From Acidobacteriota bacterium (GTDB taxonomy: Bacteria; Acidobacteriota; UBA6911; RPQK01; JAJDTT01): 64,000 nt of DNA. This document shows, piece by piece, positions 29,938 through 40,402 of the stretch. The stretch's first letter is position 1. The number at the start of each line of letters is the position of its first letter. A model generated the notes under the pieces. That model worked only from the letters and a program-made list of their open reading frames with translations, had not been told where the DNA came from and did not search any database. The stretch spans positions 896,001-960,000 of the forward strand of contig CBDCJH010000002.1 in NCBI GenBank assembly GCA_965217775.1, in the 5' to 3' direction. Position numbers and translations under genes: made by a program.

Positions 29938-30388
29938 CTATCGTTTTTCTTCCACTGCCGGATGAATTGCGGTTATGCATTCGGCAATCATGTCGCCAAT
30001 CAGCTCCGCCTCTGGTGAGTCTGCCGGAGGCAGTCCCAAGATCTCGCTATGGGACGGGTCGTCTGTATAGGTATCTTCTGCGGCTAACGGCCGGTTCACA
30101 AACCGGACGCCATCCAGTTCATCATGAACATATTGCTTTGTGGAGCCCACGTGTAGTTCAGCTAATCGGCCATTCCTGCCCTTTTGCAACCTGATCAGCT
30201 GCCTCACACGCTGAAGTTGCCGAGGTTTGGAAAGCCCTTCAAAACATTCCAGCCAATGGACGGACAAGCCGGCCTCTTGACGATCGGAGTTGGAATGCCT
30301 CGCCGCCTACGGTCCCGTCTTCGCGAACCAGAGTAGGTCTGGCATAGCGGACCACGTGGCTGTCGTCTGTCAGGTCTTCGCATGTCAT
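29938..30388 (-). pseudogene. Frameshifted hypothetical protein
   Basis: MTCEDLTDDSHVVRYARP...AFQLR continues in another frame as LSVHWLECF...DPSHSEILG; break near 30270; start overlaps upstream stop (ATGA). Confidence 0.55.
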
Positions 30389-30819
30389 GCGTTCAACAAT
30401 GGTTCCAAGCCGAAAGCTCGAATTTGGCTCTTGACTCCGTCCAATGTGTCCGTGCCGGCCACGCGAGAAATGCCCGATGCAGACGAACGACGTTTGAATA
30501 TTACGCAACTCACGGTCTGCCCGCCGCGAAACTGTATTCCGACATGACTTCCATCATCGTTACGCCAAACGGCTCGAAGATTCCCATTATCGATAAGTAC
30601 CAACGATGCTCTGCCAGAAAAAGGTGCCGATTTTACAAAGGAGTAAAAGTCCTCCTCGGACGGAGAGTGCAGCTCGATCCCTTCAGCTTCTCCCTCGCAG
30701 CAGAGCATCTGGACTCGATCCCGATAAGTGTTGATAGTATCTTGTAACCTCTTGATATTATGGAACTTGTGAGGAGTATATTTATTCAACAGATTCGTGA
30801 GCGAGCAACTATCCAGCAT
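30385..30819 (-). CDS. Hypothetical protein in low-GC islet
   Basis: 144-aa ORF in AT-richer DNA, translationally coupled to the next gene; start uncertain. Confidence 0.6.
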   Translation of the reverse strand: MLDSCSLTNLLNKYTPHKFHNIKRLQDTINTYRDRVQMLCCEGEAEGIELHSPSEEDFYSFVKSAPFSGRASLVLIDNGNLRAVWRNDDGSHVGIQFRGGQTVSCVIFKRRSSASGISRVAGTDTLDGVKSQIRAFGLEPLLNA

Positions 30820-31154
30820 TGATACCGGGACGTTAGTTGAAAATCCTGTCGGTGACCGGCAACTTCATCATGCAGACGACTTCCTACGTTTGCCGCCGTT
30901 CCGGATGTGTTACCCACCCGCAACCGACAGACTACCCGTTTCCGCAAGTTGGTCCCCTGAGGCTGCGGCTTTGGCCGATAAAGAGTTCCTGGTGGTCCTC
31001 CCGCACATGCAGTCTTTCGCCAATACAGATGGGACGTGCCTTGAAGATCTCCACCTGAGCGTCGTCTCGAACGTATGAAAAGTTACCGCCATTACTCCAA
31101 GCGCGTCAAATCCACCGCGCGAGAGTGTATGAGGTCCGAGCGATATTTGCGGGC

Positions 31155-31682
31155 CTATCGGGCCCGGCGCCAAGCCATGTAGAGTTCCCGGATCCGGGCT
31201 AGGTCCCGGTCGTAGCGGCCGTCTCGAAAGTCGGGGAACGCCCACTCCAGAGGGCGGTACCGGCCCTTCCGGTAGCGGCTCATCAGGTCGGCGTAGACGC
31301 CCTGGCCCAGGTGGATCTTCTGGCCGGCGAACTTCACGCTGGCCAGGACCACCTTGCTGTGGTCCAAATAACCCGCGTCCAGATTGACCCGCCGCCGGCC
31401 CTGACGGGCCAGCCGTTCCTCGATCCGGTTGCACGCCAGCTTCACCTGCGGAAGGGATTCCGGCGGGATCATTCGGGAGAAGCTCACGAGGCGCCGTCGC
31501 AGCGACGGTCCCATCTCTTTTTCGTAGTAGTCGGTGACGTCAAATGGATGGTCGGCTCCACTGAAGTCGATGGTTCCCCACTTGAGTTCCAATTGCTCCA
31601 GCGCCATGTCGCGGGATTGAACACCAGCCCAGAGGAGGGCCACCAGGAGCTTGACCGGCTCCACCGCTTCAACTTGAGCCAC
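31155..31682 (-). CDS. DUF4416 family protein
   Basis: TDYYEKEMG..L.R, RRVNLDAGY, WAFPDFR motifs. Confidence 0.85.
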   Translation of the reverse strand: MAQVEAVEPVKLLVALLWAGVQSRDMALEQLELKWGTIDFSGADHPFDVTDYYEKEMGPSLRRRLVSFSRMIPPESLPQVKLACNRIEERLARQGRRRVNLDAGYLDHSKVVLASVKFAGQKIHLGQGVYADLMSRYRKGRYRPLEWAFPDFRDGRYDRDLARIRELYMAWRRAR

Positions 31683-32496
31683 GGGAGGCGTCGTCCAAAA
31701 TGGAAAGAGCCGTACGGACCACGGGCACGGCGATTCCGAAGGTCGAGGCGATCTGCCGCTGAAGCTCTTCCGGGTCCAACTCCTTCCGGACCACTTCGGT
31801 GTGGGTCCGGATCTGGAACCGCCGGCCGTTGAGATAGATCTGTTTCCCCGCCCGAACCCGGGTCAGCAGGGGGTGGGTCATCATCTTCCAGGAAAAGGAT
31901 TCGTCCCAGGCCTTCAGGAACTGTCCCGGATCGGCGGACGAGGTCTTGAACGTCAGCCGATGACTCCGTCCGCCCTGTTGCCGCGTGTAGAGACGCATTC
32001 TTCCCGGACTCTCGGGGGAGAGGAGGAGGCGGTTGAAAGGAGTCTCGATCCCCACCTCGCGGCTCTCTTCCAAGGGAATCGGCTCGACCACGAGATAACC
32101 GGGGTCCAGCAGATGGGGGCGCCCCCGGATCCAGACCAGAAGTGCCGAATGGGTGTCCGATCCGTAGTGCCGGTCCGCCAGGATCGGTTGGGCCTTGAAA
32201 CCCAGGCTGCGGACCAGATGGAGCAGGGTCGCCGTCAATGAGAAGCAGGTCCCTCCCGTTCCCAGATCCCGGTGATCCGTCAGGACCTGGGTGGGGAGGC
32301 GCCGTGCTGCCGGTCCCTTGCCGTTCCGGGAACTCCGGATGATCTTGGTCAGGTTCTCGTACGGTAGCTGAGAGAAACTCCGGGCCACGGCGCCGAGGGT
32401 GTGGAGCCGGTCCTCACCGGGGCGCAGGCCGTACTGCCGGCAGAAATACTCCAACAACTGCCGGTCCCGCGGTGGAGCCAAGGGGTTCTCGGCCAT
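31669..32496 (-). CDS. Arylamine N-acetyltransferase family protein
   Basis: LPYENL, GGTCF (Cys), HSAL (His), LLDPGY (Asp) triad. Confidence 0.8.
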   Translation of the reverse strand: MAENPLAPPRDRQLLEYFCRQYGLRPGEDRLHTLGAVARSFSQLPYENLTKIIRSSRNGKGPAARRLPTQVLTDHRDLGTGGTCFSLTATLLHLVRSLGFKAQPILADRHYGSDTHSALLVWIRGRPHLLDPGYLVVEPIPLEESREVGIETPFNRLLLSPESPGRMRLYTRQQGGRSHRLTFKTSSADPGQFLKAWDESFSWKMMTHPLLTRVRAGKQIYLNGRRFQIRTHTEVVRKELDPEELQRQIASTFGIAVPVVRTALSILDDASRGSS

Positions 32497-32497
32497 G

Positions 32498-33898
32498 TCA
32501 GTCTTCCGACACCGCGTGGGACAGGGATTGGACCAGGACCTCGTCCTCCTCGGGCAACACCGTCCGCAGATCCAGGATGACCCAATTGTCCTCGATTCGG
32601 GCCACTATGGGATGGGACCCGTGGCGGAGGCGTCTGGTCAGCTCGTTGCAGGAGAAGGCCGTGGGGCGGAGCGCCAACAAGGTGGTGGGAATGGTTTCCT
32701 CAGGAGCCGATCCGCCGCCGGCCAGGGAGAAGCCGTCCAGGATCCGGCTCCGGTACGCTCCCGGGTTCAGACTCCTCCGGATCTGCCGGGCCCGGCTTTC
32801 CAGAGAGGCTCTGGAGGTCCCGAGCATCCGGTAGATGGGAAGTCTCTCCAGATACACGCCCTGCTCATAGAGGGAGAGCGTCTGTTGCAGTCCGGCGAAG
32901 GTGGCTTTGTCCAGGCGGCAGACCCGAGCCAGCGGATTCTTGCGGACCGCCTCCATCAGCGAGCGCTTCCCCAGAACGATGCCGGCCTGAGGTCCTCCCA
33001 GGAGCTTGTCCCCGCTGAAGCAGACCAGGTCCACGCCCGCCTTCAGGATCTCTTCGACCGTGGGCTCGGACCGCAGAGACGGGTGGGAGGTCCGGAAGAG
33101 GTAGCCGCTGCCGGCGTCCTTGAGCAAGGGAATACCGGCCTCCCGGGACAAAGCGACGAGCTCGGAGAGGGCGGGGCGCCGGCTGAATCCCACCACCCGG
33201 AAATTGCTGGGGTGGACTCTGAGAATGAGAGCCGTGTCCCCGTCCAGGGCGTCACGATAGTCCTCGGTCCGGGTTCGGTTGGTGGTCCCCACTTCCTTCA
33301 ACGAGGCTCCACTCTGCTCCAGGATGGAGGGGACGCGGAAGGATCCGCCGATTTCCACGAGCTCGCCCCGGGAGACCAGCACCTTCTTGCCCCGGGCCAG
33401 GGTGCTGAGGACCAGGAAGAGGGCGGCGGCGTTGTTGTTCACCGCGGTGGCCGCTTCGCAGGGAAGCAGCCTCCGGAACTGCTCCTCCAGGTGCCGGTCT
33501 CGATGTCCTCGCTTTCCCTGATCGAGGTCATACTCCAGGTTGGAGTACCCCTGGGAGAGACTCTTCATGACTTGAGCCGTTTCTTCGTTCAAGGGGGCGC
33601 GGCCCAGGTTGGTGTGGAGAATGATGCCGGTGGCGTTGACGACGGGCCGCAGGGAGGGCCGGAGGCGTTTCCGGAGCGACTTCCCGATCTCCGGCTCCAG
33701 GGCCGCCAGTCCCGACTCCAGTGCCCGGTTCGGGTTGTTGCTCCGGCGAATGGAGTCCCGGAGCCGATCCAAGGCGCGGCGGACCTCTTCGACCACCAGT
33801 TGCCGGGGGTACGCGTCCAGAAGCGGCTCCGCGCCCGGCCCGCGCAGGATCTGGTCAACGGAGGGGATCCGGCGCAGGGTCTCGTGGGCGGTGGGCAC
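32498..33898 (-). CDS. selA: L-seryl-tRNA(Sec) selenium transferase
   Basis: VVNATGIILHTNLGRAP, VNNNAAA, SRGELVEIGGSFR, EVGTTNRT, FSGDKLLGGPQAG. Confidence 0.97.
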   Translation of the reverse strand: MPTAHETLRRIPSVDQILRGPGAEPLLDAYPRQLVVEEVRRALDRLRDSIRRSNNPNRALESGLAALEPEIGKSLRKRLRPSLRPVVNATGIILHTNLGRAPLNEETAQVMKSLSQGYSNLEYDLDQGKRGHRDRHLEEQFRRLLPCEAATAVNNNAAALFLVLSTLARGKKVLVSRGELVEIGGSFRVPSILEQSGASLKEVGTTNRTRTEDYRDALDGDTALILRVHPSNFRVVGFSRRPALSELVALSREAGIPLLKDAGSGYLFRTSHPSLRSEPTVEEILKAGVDLVCFSGDKLLGGPQAGIVLGKRSLMEAVRKNPLARVCRLDKATFAGLQQTLSLYEQGVYLERLPIYRMLGTSRASLESRARQIRRSLNPGAYRSRILDGFSLAGGGSAPEETIPTTLLALRPTAFSCNELTRRLRHGSHPIVARIEDNWVILDLRTVLPEEDEVLVQSLSHAVSED

Positions 33899-34008
33899 GC
33901 CGCCATTATGAATTAGGTCCTGTGAATTGGAAATTGGAAATTGACCGGAGGTCAGGAATGCCGCTATCACCATCGGCTGCTAAGATGGGCCGCCAACAGG
34001 GAGATGCG

Positions 34009-35562
34009 ATGAAGATCGAATGGGCTCTCATCAGTGTGTCGAACAAGGATGGCCTGTCGGCCCTGGCCCGGGGACTCGGCGATCTGGGAATCCGCTGCCT
34101 GTCCACCGGGGGCACGGCCCGGGCCTTGCTTGAGTCCGGCATCGAGGTGACTCCGGTATCCGATTACACGGGGTTTCCCGAGATCCTGGACGGCCGGGTC
34201 AAGACCCTGCACCCGCGGATCCACGCCGGCATCCTGGCCCGGCACGACTTGCCCCATCATCGCGAGGTGTTGACCCGACATGCGATCCAGCCCTTGGGAC
34301 TGGTGGTCGTGAACCTCTATCCGTTCGTGCAGACGGTGAGCCGCGAGGGAGTGACCCTGGAGGACGCCATCGAGCAGATCGACATCGGCGGGCCCTGCAT
34401 GGTCCGCGCGGCGGCCAAGAACTGGGCGCACGTCACCGTCGTCGTGGACCCCTCGGACTACACGTCCGTGCTGGCTGAGCTGGCCGAGAACGGAGGCCGG
34501 ACGCGAAAGTCCACCCGCCTGAGCCTGGCCCGGAAGGCCTTCCGGCATACGGCCCATTACGACACGGCCATCTCCCAGTATCTGGAGGAGGAGAGCGGGC
34601 CGGAAGCCGAAATTCCCGCAACCGTGACCCTTTCCCTGGACCGTCAGGCCCTCCTGCGGTATGGCGAGAATCCACATCAGCGGGCCGCTATCTACCGGCC
34701 GACGGTCGGTCCACCCCAGGGACTGGCGGGGGCGGTTCAGCTCCAGGGAAAGAAACTCTCGTTCAACAACTATCTGGACCTGGACGCAGCTTGGGGCCTG
34801 GTCTCCGAGTTCGAGGAAACGAGCTGCATCATCATCAAGCACAACAACCCGTGCGGCGCCGCGCTGGGAGCCGTGCCCTGGGAAGCCTACCTCAAGGCCT
34901 TGGAGTGCGATCCGGTTTCGGCCTTCGGCTCCATCCTGGCCTTCAACCGGCCCGTGGACGCCGCCACGGCGGAGGCGACCCGGACCCTGTTCGTGGAAGC
35001 CATCATCGCGCCGGCCTACTCGCAGGGGGCTCTGGAGATCTTTGCCAGGAAGAAGAATCTCCGGGTGATGCGGCTCGAGCCGCAACCGTCCACGAGCTCT
35101 TCCCCGGGTTACGACCTCAAGATGATTTCGGGGGCCTGCCTGCTCCAGGATGCGGATCTGGTCCGGGCCACGGCCGACGATCTGAAGGTGGTGACTCGAA
35201 GGCCGCCGGAGCCGGGTGAACTCCAGGACCTGCTCTTCGCCTGGGCCGTGGCCAAGCACGTGAAGTCCAATGCCATCGTGTTCGCCCAGGGCGGCCAGAC
35301 GGTGGGAATCGGAGCGGGCCAGATGAGCCGCGTCGACTCGGTTCGGCTGGCGGCTCAGAAAGCGCAACGTTCGACCGCAGGGGCCAGCATGGCCAGCGAC
35401 GCCTTCTTCCCCTTCCGCGACGGGCTGGACGAGGCGTCCGAGAGTGGGATCACGGCGGTGATCCAGCCCGGCGGATCGGTCCGGGACGCCGAAGTGATCG
35501 AGGCCGCGGACGAGCACGGGATGGCGATGGTCTTTACGGGAATGCGCCACTTCAGACATTGA
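34009..35562 (+). CDS. purH: Bifunctional AICAR formyltransferase/IMP cyclohydrolase
   Basis: [50 protein letters not shown]. Confidence 0.98.
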   Translation: MKIEWALISVSNKDGLSALARGLGDLGIRCLSTGGTARALLESGIEVTPVSDYTGFPEILDGRVKTLHPRIHAGILARHDLPHHREVLTRHAIQPLGLVVVNLYPFVQTVSREGVTLEDAIEQIDIGGPCMVRAAAKNWAHVTVVVDPSDYTSVLAELAENGGRTRKSTRLSLARKAFRHTAHYDTAISQYLEEESGPEAEIPATVTLSLDRQALLRYGENPHQRAAIYRPTVGPPQGLAGAVQLQGKKLSFNNYLDLDAAWGLVSEFEETSCIIIKHNNPCGAALGAVPWEAYLKALECDPVSAFGSILAFNRPVDAATAEATRTLFVEAIIAPAYSQGALEIFARKKNLRVMRLEPQPSTSSSPGYDLKMISGACLLQDADLVRATADDLKVVTRRPPEPGELQDLLFAWAVAKHVKSNAIVFAQGGQTVGIGAGQMSRVDSVRLAAQKAQRSTAGASMASDAFFPFRDGLDEASESGITAVIQPGGSVRDAEVIEAADEHGMAMVFTGMRHFRH

Positions 35563-35610
35563 CGGGAGTGGCCGGTTCGCCGGCCCGACCCGGCCCACGG
35601 AACCCCCTCC

Positions 35611-36384
35611 ATGTTGCTGGTCATCGACATCGGGAACACCAACATCGTCCTGGGAATCTTCCACGGGACGACTCTGGAGCATTCCTGGCGGATCTCCACC
35701 CGCAGGAACCGGACCGTAGACGAGTACGCCTCCCTCTGCGACCACCTCTTCCGCATGGCGGGCGTCCGGATGGACCGGGTGGAGGACATCACCGTATGCA
35801 GCGTGGTTCCGCCGCTGAATGACTGTTTCAAGGCCTTGTCTCTCCGTTACGTTGGCCGCGAACCCCTGATGGTGGATCCGGTGGGCCAATCCCTGTTGCC
35901 CATCCGTTATCAGCCGAAGTCCGACGTGGGCGCCGATCGAGTGGCCAACTCCCTGGCCACGCTGGATCTGGTCGGCGCTCCGGCCATCGCCGTCGACTTC
36001 GGGACCGCCACCACCTTCGACGCCATCTCGGACCGGGGGGAATACGTGGGCGGGGTCATTGCCGCCGGGATCGGAATCTCGGCCGAAGCGCTCTTCGCCC
36101 GGACGGCCAAACTCCCGCGCATCGAGATTGCCCGTCCCGGGCAGGTCGTGGGAACCTCCACCAGTGGCAGCATCCAGTCGGGTCTTTACTACGGCTACGT
36201 GGGACTGGTGGAAGGAATTCTGAAACGGATGAAGGAAGAGTTGGCTGGCGCCCGAGCCGTGGCCACCGGAGGGCTGGCCCCTCTCATCGCCGGCGCCTCG
36301 GAGGGGATCGACCTGATCGAGGAGAATCTGACCTTGTACGGACTCCGGATCTATCACGAGCGCATGTCCGGAAGCCGGGATTGA
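35611..36384 (+). CDS. coaX: Type III pantothenate kinase
   Basis: [27 protein letters not shown]. Confidence 0.96.
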   Translation: MLLVIDIGNTNIVLGIFHGTTLEHSWRISTRRNRTVDEYASLCDHLFRMAGVRMDRVEDITVCSVVPPLNDCFKALSLRYVGREPLMVDPVGQSLLPIRYQPKSDVGADRVANSLATLDLVGAPAIAVDFGTATTFDAISDRGEYVGGVIAAGIGISAEALFARTAKLPRIEIARPGQVVGTSTSGSIQSGLYYGYVGLVEGILKRMKEELAGARAVATGGLAPLIAGASEGIDLIEENLTLYGLRIYHERMSGSRD

Positions 36385-36438
36385 GAATGGTAAGCCGCCG
36401 TCAATGGCTGCGGTCGCTGGACCGTCGGCAGGACTGTC

Positions 36439-37143
36439 TTGGATAACTATTTCAACTACTTCACGGAAGTCGAGGAACACTTCATCCGGAGACGGCAGAA
36501 GCACCTGCTGGTTCCCCCTCTGGATTGGTGTCTGATCGAATTGTGGAAGAACAGCGGGATTCCCATACACGTGGTCATCCGGGGGATCGACCGCAGTTTC
36601 GAGACCGCCCGGTCGCGGAAGACCTCGCCCAGAAGTCTCTCCTATTGCCATCCGGCCGTGACTCAGGCCTTCGAGGAGCATCAACGAGCCATGGTGGGCT
36701 CGGGAGAGGAAGAGAGCGGGTCGGATGACTTCCAGGGCAGGGGAGTGGACAGCGCCCGTGTTCTCGAACAAGTGGAGCGCCTGGTGGCGGCGCTCCGGGA
36801 GCGTCCCGAAGAGTTCGACGCGCCCTTGAGCCTGTTGTCGTCCCTGAGGCAGGAGATCAGTGCTCGGGACCAGCTCGACGGACAACAGGTGGACCGGGAC
36901 CTGAACCACGTCGGGGTCCTGGTTGCGGAGGTCCTCCGGGATGGCATGGACCGGAAACGGCTGCAGAGCCTCCGCAGCGAAGTCAGGAAGGAGATGAAGA
37001 TCTACAAGAGGCACCTCTCGCGGGAGTTGTTCCGACGCATGGAGGAGAATTGCCTCCATCGCAAGTTGAGAGAGGCGGCGAAGATCCCCGAGTTCGGCCT
37101 CCTCGCCTTGCAGGTCGGCGAAACCTCTCAGGTTTGGCCGTGA
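36439..37143 (+). CDS. Hypothetical protein
   Basis: 234-aa ORF following coaX on the same strand. Confidence 0.75.
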   Translation: MDNYFNYFTEVEEHFIRRRQKHLLVPPLDWCLIELWKNSGIPIHVVIRGIDRSFETARSRKTSPRSLSYCHPAVTQAFEEHQRAMVGSGEEESGSDDFQGRGVDSARVLEQVERLVAALRERPEEFDAPLSLLSSLRQEISARDQLDGQQVDRDLNHVGVLVAEVLRDGMDRKRLQSLRSEVRKEMKIYKRHLSRELFRRMEENCLHRKLREAAKIPEFGLLALQVGETSQVWP

Positions 37144-37377
37144 ATAGCCATCACCGTAATCGACCGGGTTTCCATTCCGGTGATTGATCGTGTTGTTACG
37201 TGACTAACGTTCACCTTTATCACTCACCGGCATCGAGAATCGTTTACCATGGATATCCGAAAAATTGATTTCGTGTCGGCCGGGTGGGGAGGAGACGATG
37301 CGAAATTGTGGGTTATTGAGTTTGGAAAACGAGTCGCGGTTCCCATTCACCAAGACGCTCTACTGAGGAGGAATTAG

Positions 37378-37749
37378 ATGAAGAAAATGATCGGCTTACT
37401 GGTCGTGGCCATGATCGGTGTGCTGGCGCCGGCGTCATTGTCCGCGTCCGGCTCCATTGCGGCCGGCCGGGGCATCAATCCCAGAGATGCATACACCAAG
37501 GGCAAGGCCCTCACCTACAAGAAGTTGGCGTGCGACTCCTGCCCGCTGCAGAAGGGGGAGCTCGGTCGGGCCCGCGCACAGAACTTGAAGAACAGCTTCG
37601 AGGCCCGCGACTCCGCAAATAAGCCGGGTACGCCGGACGATGAGAACATCCAGGTGCTCTGTCCGGGATCTGAGGCCGTCGGGTGTGATGAAGGGGTGGA
37701 CGAACAGGAACTCGTTCACTACTATCTGACGCGCCGTTACAAGCTGTGA
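37378..37749 (+). CDS. Small secreted Cys-containing protein
   Basis: RBS gaggagg; signal peptide; CDSC plus two further Cys. Confidence 0.75.
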   Translation: MKKMIGLLVVAMIGVLAPASLSASGSIAAGRGINPRDAYTKGKALTYKKLACDSCPLQKGELGRARAQNLKNSFEARDSANKPGTPDDENIQVLCPGSEAVGCDEGVDEQELVHYYLTRRYKL

Positions 37750-37802
37750 CGGCATAGAACTCGACGCTGACCCGCTCCGATCCAGGAGCCTAACCAAGGA
37801 AC

Positions 37803-38678
37803 ATGGCAATGCAACGAAAACATCTCTTAATCTTGGCTGCAGCCGCGGCCATCGCAATCAACGGGTCACCTGCGTTCGGCGGCGGCTCGCCCTGGCTTCC
37901 CGCACCCGGCGGCGGCTCTCTCACCGTTTCCTACGTGTCTCAAAACGCGACCGAATTTTTCCGCAGCACCACGAAGAGTCCGACCCCCGGCGGAGGTCAC
38001 GATCTCTCCCAGAAGACCGTCTGGGTGGACGGGACGTACGGCCTTTCCGACTCCCTGGCTCTCGACTTTCGGTTTGGTGGAGCCCAAAGCTCATACGCCA
38101 CCGGGCCCGGTCTGCCCCCGTCCCAGGACAGCATCAGCGGATTGGCGGACATCAATGCCGGCGTGATGTGGCGCGCCGTGGACGAAATCGTGAGCAACGG
38201 GCCGACCATCGCTTTTCGGGCCGGAGTCATCGTGGCCGGAGGCTATGACACCGGCTACATCAATTCTCTGGGAGACGGGGGCAACGGCTTCGAGGTGTCG
38301 GCGCTGATCGGCAAGTACCTCGACAACGGCTTTGCCGTGTCGGGAGAATTCGGTTACCGCAACCGGACCTCCAGTGACCACGACATCCCGCCCAACCTCT
38401 TTGCCCGGCTGGCGGCCGGTGTAGTCTTGGGAAGCCGGGTCGGAGTGTCGTTCAACTATCAGATGGAGGATTCCACGTCCGGTATAGAGATCGGCGGCCC
38501 GGGATTCTCTCCCATGGTATTTCCCGAACTGCAGGAAGACTTCCATATTGTCGGTCCTTCGGTGAGCATCGCCATTTCGGACCGGGCCAACATCGGAGCT
38601 TCCTACGGCAGGGTGATCGCCGGGCGTAATACGGCCGTTTCCAACGTCATCGGCGTTTCCCTCAACCTGGTGTTCTAA
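37803..38678 (+). CDS. Putative outer-membrane beta-barrel protein
   Basis: Signal peptide, alternating amphipathic strands, C-terminal Phe. Confidence 0.7.
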   Translation: MAMQRKHLLILAAAAAIAINGSPAFGGGSPWLPAPGGGSLTVSYVSQNATEFFRSTTKSPTPGGGHDLSQKTVWVDGTYGLSDSLALDFRFGGAQSSYATGPGLPPSQDSISGLADINAGVMWRAVDEIVSNGPTIAFRAGVIVAGGYDTGYINSLGDGGNGFEVSALIGKYLDNGFAVSGEFGYRNRTSSDHDIPPNLFARLAAGVVLGSRVGVSFNYQMEDSTSGIEIGGPGFSPMVFPELQEDFHIVGPSVSIAISDRANIGASYGRVIAGRNTAVSNVIGVSLNLVF

Positions 38679-38762
38679 AGCGAAGATCTATCGGGCCGGC
38701 GGCCCGCAACGAAGGTGGTAACGACTTTCGCCGCGGGCTGCCTGGGCCCGGACGGATATCGG

Positions 38763-39638
38763 TCACGGCTGGTTCAAGTTCCAGTCGTATCCGTAATCCA
38801 CGGCCCCCTCGAAGTTCTTCAGGCGCTCCGCCAATTCCTCGTCGGCATACCGGGCCAAGTGCTTGAGCACGTTTTCCTCGGTGTCGCCGAAGTCCTCCGA
38901 GAACCAGGTGTAGATGCTGGAGATGACGATGAAATCGTCGTCGACGAAATCGACGCCCCGGGAATGATTCACATAGGCGCGGGCGCCGGCATCCAACAGT
39001 GCCTCCGTATTGGCCGCGGTGAAGACCGTCTCCAGCAGATTCGGACACCCCAGGCTGGCGCAGTTCACGCCATAGTGAATCCGGGCATCGCGGTAGATGG
39101 GCCTCAGGATGCCATGTTCGATGTTGTCCAAGGTCAGGTCCCGGCCGCAGACCTTGGCCCGCAGGTCACCCCACGGGCCGACCGGAATCAGGCCTCCCAG
39201 CATGCTGTTGCTTATTTTCCGGATCGAGTCGACGGGATAGGCCTCGACCACCACCTGCACGGTCAGTGAATTGTAAAAGTTGAACCAATAGGCTTTCTGT
39301 TCCCGGCGCGAGTAGTTCCTGGGATCGAGTTCCTGCAGATAGGACAGGTATCCGGCCAGTTTGGCGGCATCATCGGTGTTGGCCTTCAAGGCGGCATAGT
39401 CGAATCGATTGACACCCGAGCTGTGAGCCCGGAGATAGGTGTCCAGGATTTCCTGCCACGCACTGTGATCGATTTGGGAGGTATTGGATTCCTCACTGGC
39501 ATCCCAGAACGGAATCAGCTTCGACTTGCTCTGGGCGGGGACGGAGCCGGTGATCAGGGTCAGTCCGATCAGACCTGCGGCGACGCGGCGGCGCAGTATC
39601 AAGGGGGCGATGGGGTTCCGTGAACGTATCCGTCTCAT
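38763..39638 (-). CDS. DUF547 domain protein
   Basis: AYWFNFYN, TLDNIEHGILR, DARIHYGVNCASLGCP, YDWNLN. Confidence 0.9.
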   Translation of the reverse strand: MRRIRSRNPIAPLILRRRVAAGLIGLTLITGSVPAQSKSKLIPFWDASEESNTSQIDHSAWQEILDTYLRAHSSGVNRFDYAALKANTDDAAKLAGYLSYLQELDPRNYSRREQKAYWFNFYNSLTVQVVVEAYPVDSIRKISNSMLGGLIPVGPWGDLRAKVCGRDLTLDNIEHGILRPIYRDARIHYGVNCASLGCPNLLETVFTAANTEALLDAGARAYVNHSRGVDFVDDDFIVISSIYTWFSEDFGDTEENVLKHLARYADEELAERLKNFEGAVDYGYDWNLNQP

Positions 39639-40402
39639 GGGATTTTGTTCTCCTTGCCGTGGCGGACAGATGCCGTCGAAACCGGCGTCCAACCGCGAAT
39701 CCAAAGGCCGAAGATCATGGAAAGTATTCCGAAGCCGGCCCCGATGACGCCTCTGAGGGTCCCCCCGACCTTCGATTTTCCGAAGCGCCGGCGCCGCGTA
39801 TCCACCGGGGTCTCGACCATTCGCATTCTAGACTGGATCGCCTTGACCTGCATCTCCACCGTCCAGCCGTAGGCGGTGTCCTGCATCTCCAGGCGCCGCA
39901 GCGCGTCTGCCCGAATGGCCCGGAACGGACCCAGGTCGGTGATCCTCGCTCTCCACAGCAACCGGATCAACAGGCTCGCCACGCGGTTGCCGGCGAACTG
40001 CGGCACCGACAGGGCGCCCGGCTCCATCCGTCCCAGGACCCGGGACCCGATGACCAGGTCGGCGCCGGTTGCGATCGGCGCCAAGAGATCAAGGGACTGG
40101 CGCACGTCGAAGGCCTGATCGCCATCGACGAACAGGACCACGTCCACCGGTTTCAGGGCCGCGATGGCCGTCAGGCAAGCCCTGCCGTAACCCGGCGCCG
40201 GCTCCCTGGCCACGCGCGCGCCGGCCTGCCTTGCCTGCTGCGCCGTTCCGTCTGTCGAAGCGTTGTCGCACACCACCAGATCGTCGATCACTCGGTGCCC
40301 GCTCTCCGTGCGCAGGTCCCGCAGTGCTCTGACGACGGCGCTGATATTTTTTTCTTCGTCGTTTGCCGGGATCACGGCGCCGACGGTCAGGTCTCCGTAC
40401 AT
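39635..40402 (-). CDS. Glycosyltransferase family 2
   Basis: VIPA.DEE, DNASTDGT, GYGRAC, FVDGD, TDLGPFRAIR. Confidence 0.92.
   Translation of the reverse strand: MYGDLTVGAVIPANDEEKNISAVVRALRDLRTESGHRVIDDLVVCDNASTDGTAQQARQAGARVAREPAPGYGRACLTAIAALKPVDVVLFVDGDQAFDVRQSLDLLAPIATGADLVIGSRVLGRMEPGALSVPQFAGNRVASLLIRLLWRARITDLGPFRAIRADALRRLEMQDTAYGWTVEMQVKAIQSRMRMVETPVDTRRRRFGKSKVGGTLRGVIGAGFGILSMIFGLWIRGWTPVSTASVRHGKENKIP

Noticed and set aside
33967-37059. 1030-aa minus-strand ORF and similar long antisense ORFs (e.g. 581-1900, most of 12529-14829, 51919-53943, 62677-63963)
   Set aside because: Shadow ORFs opposite well-supported genes, expected at high GC.
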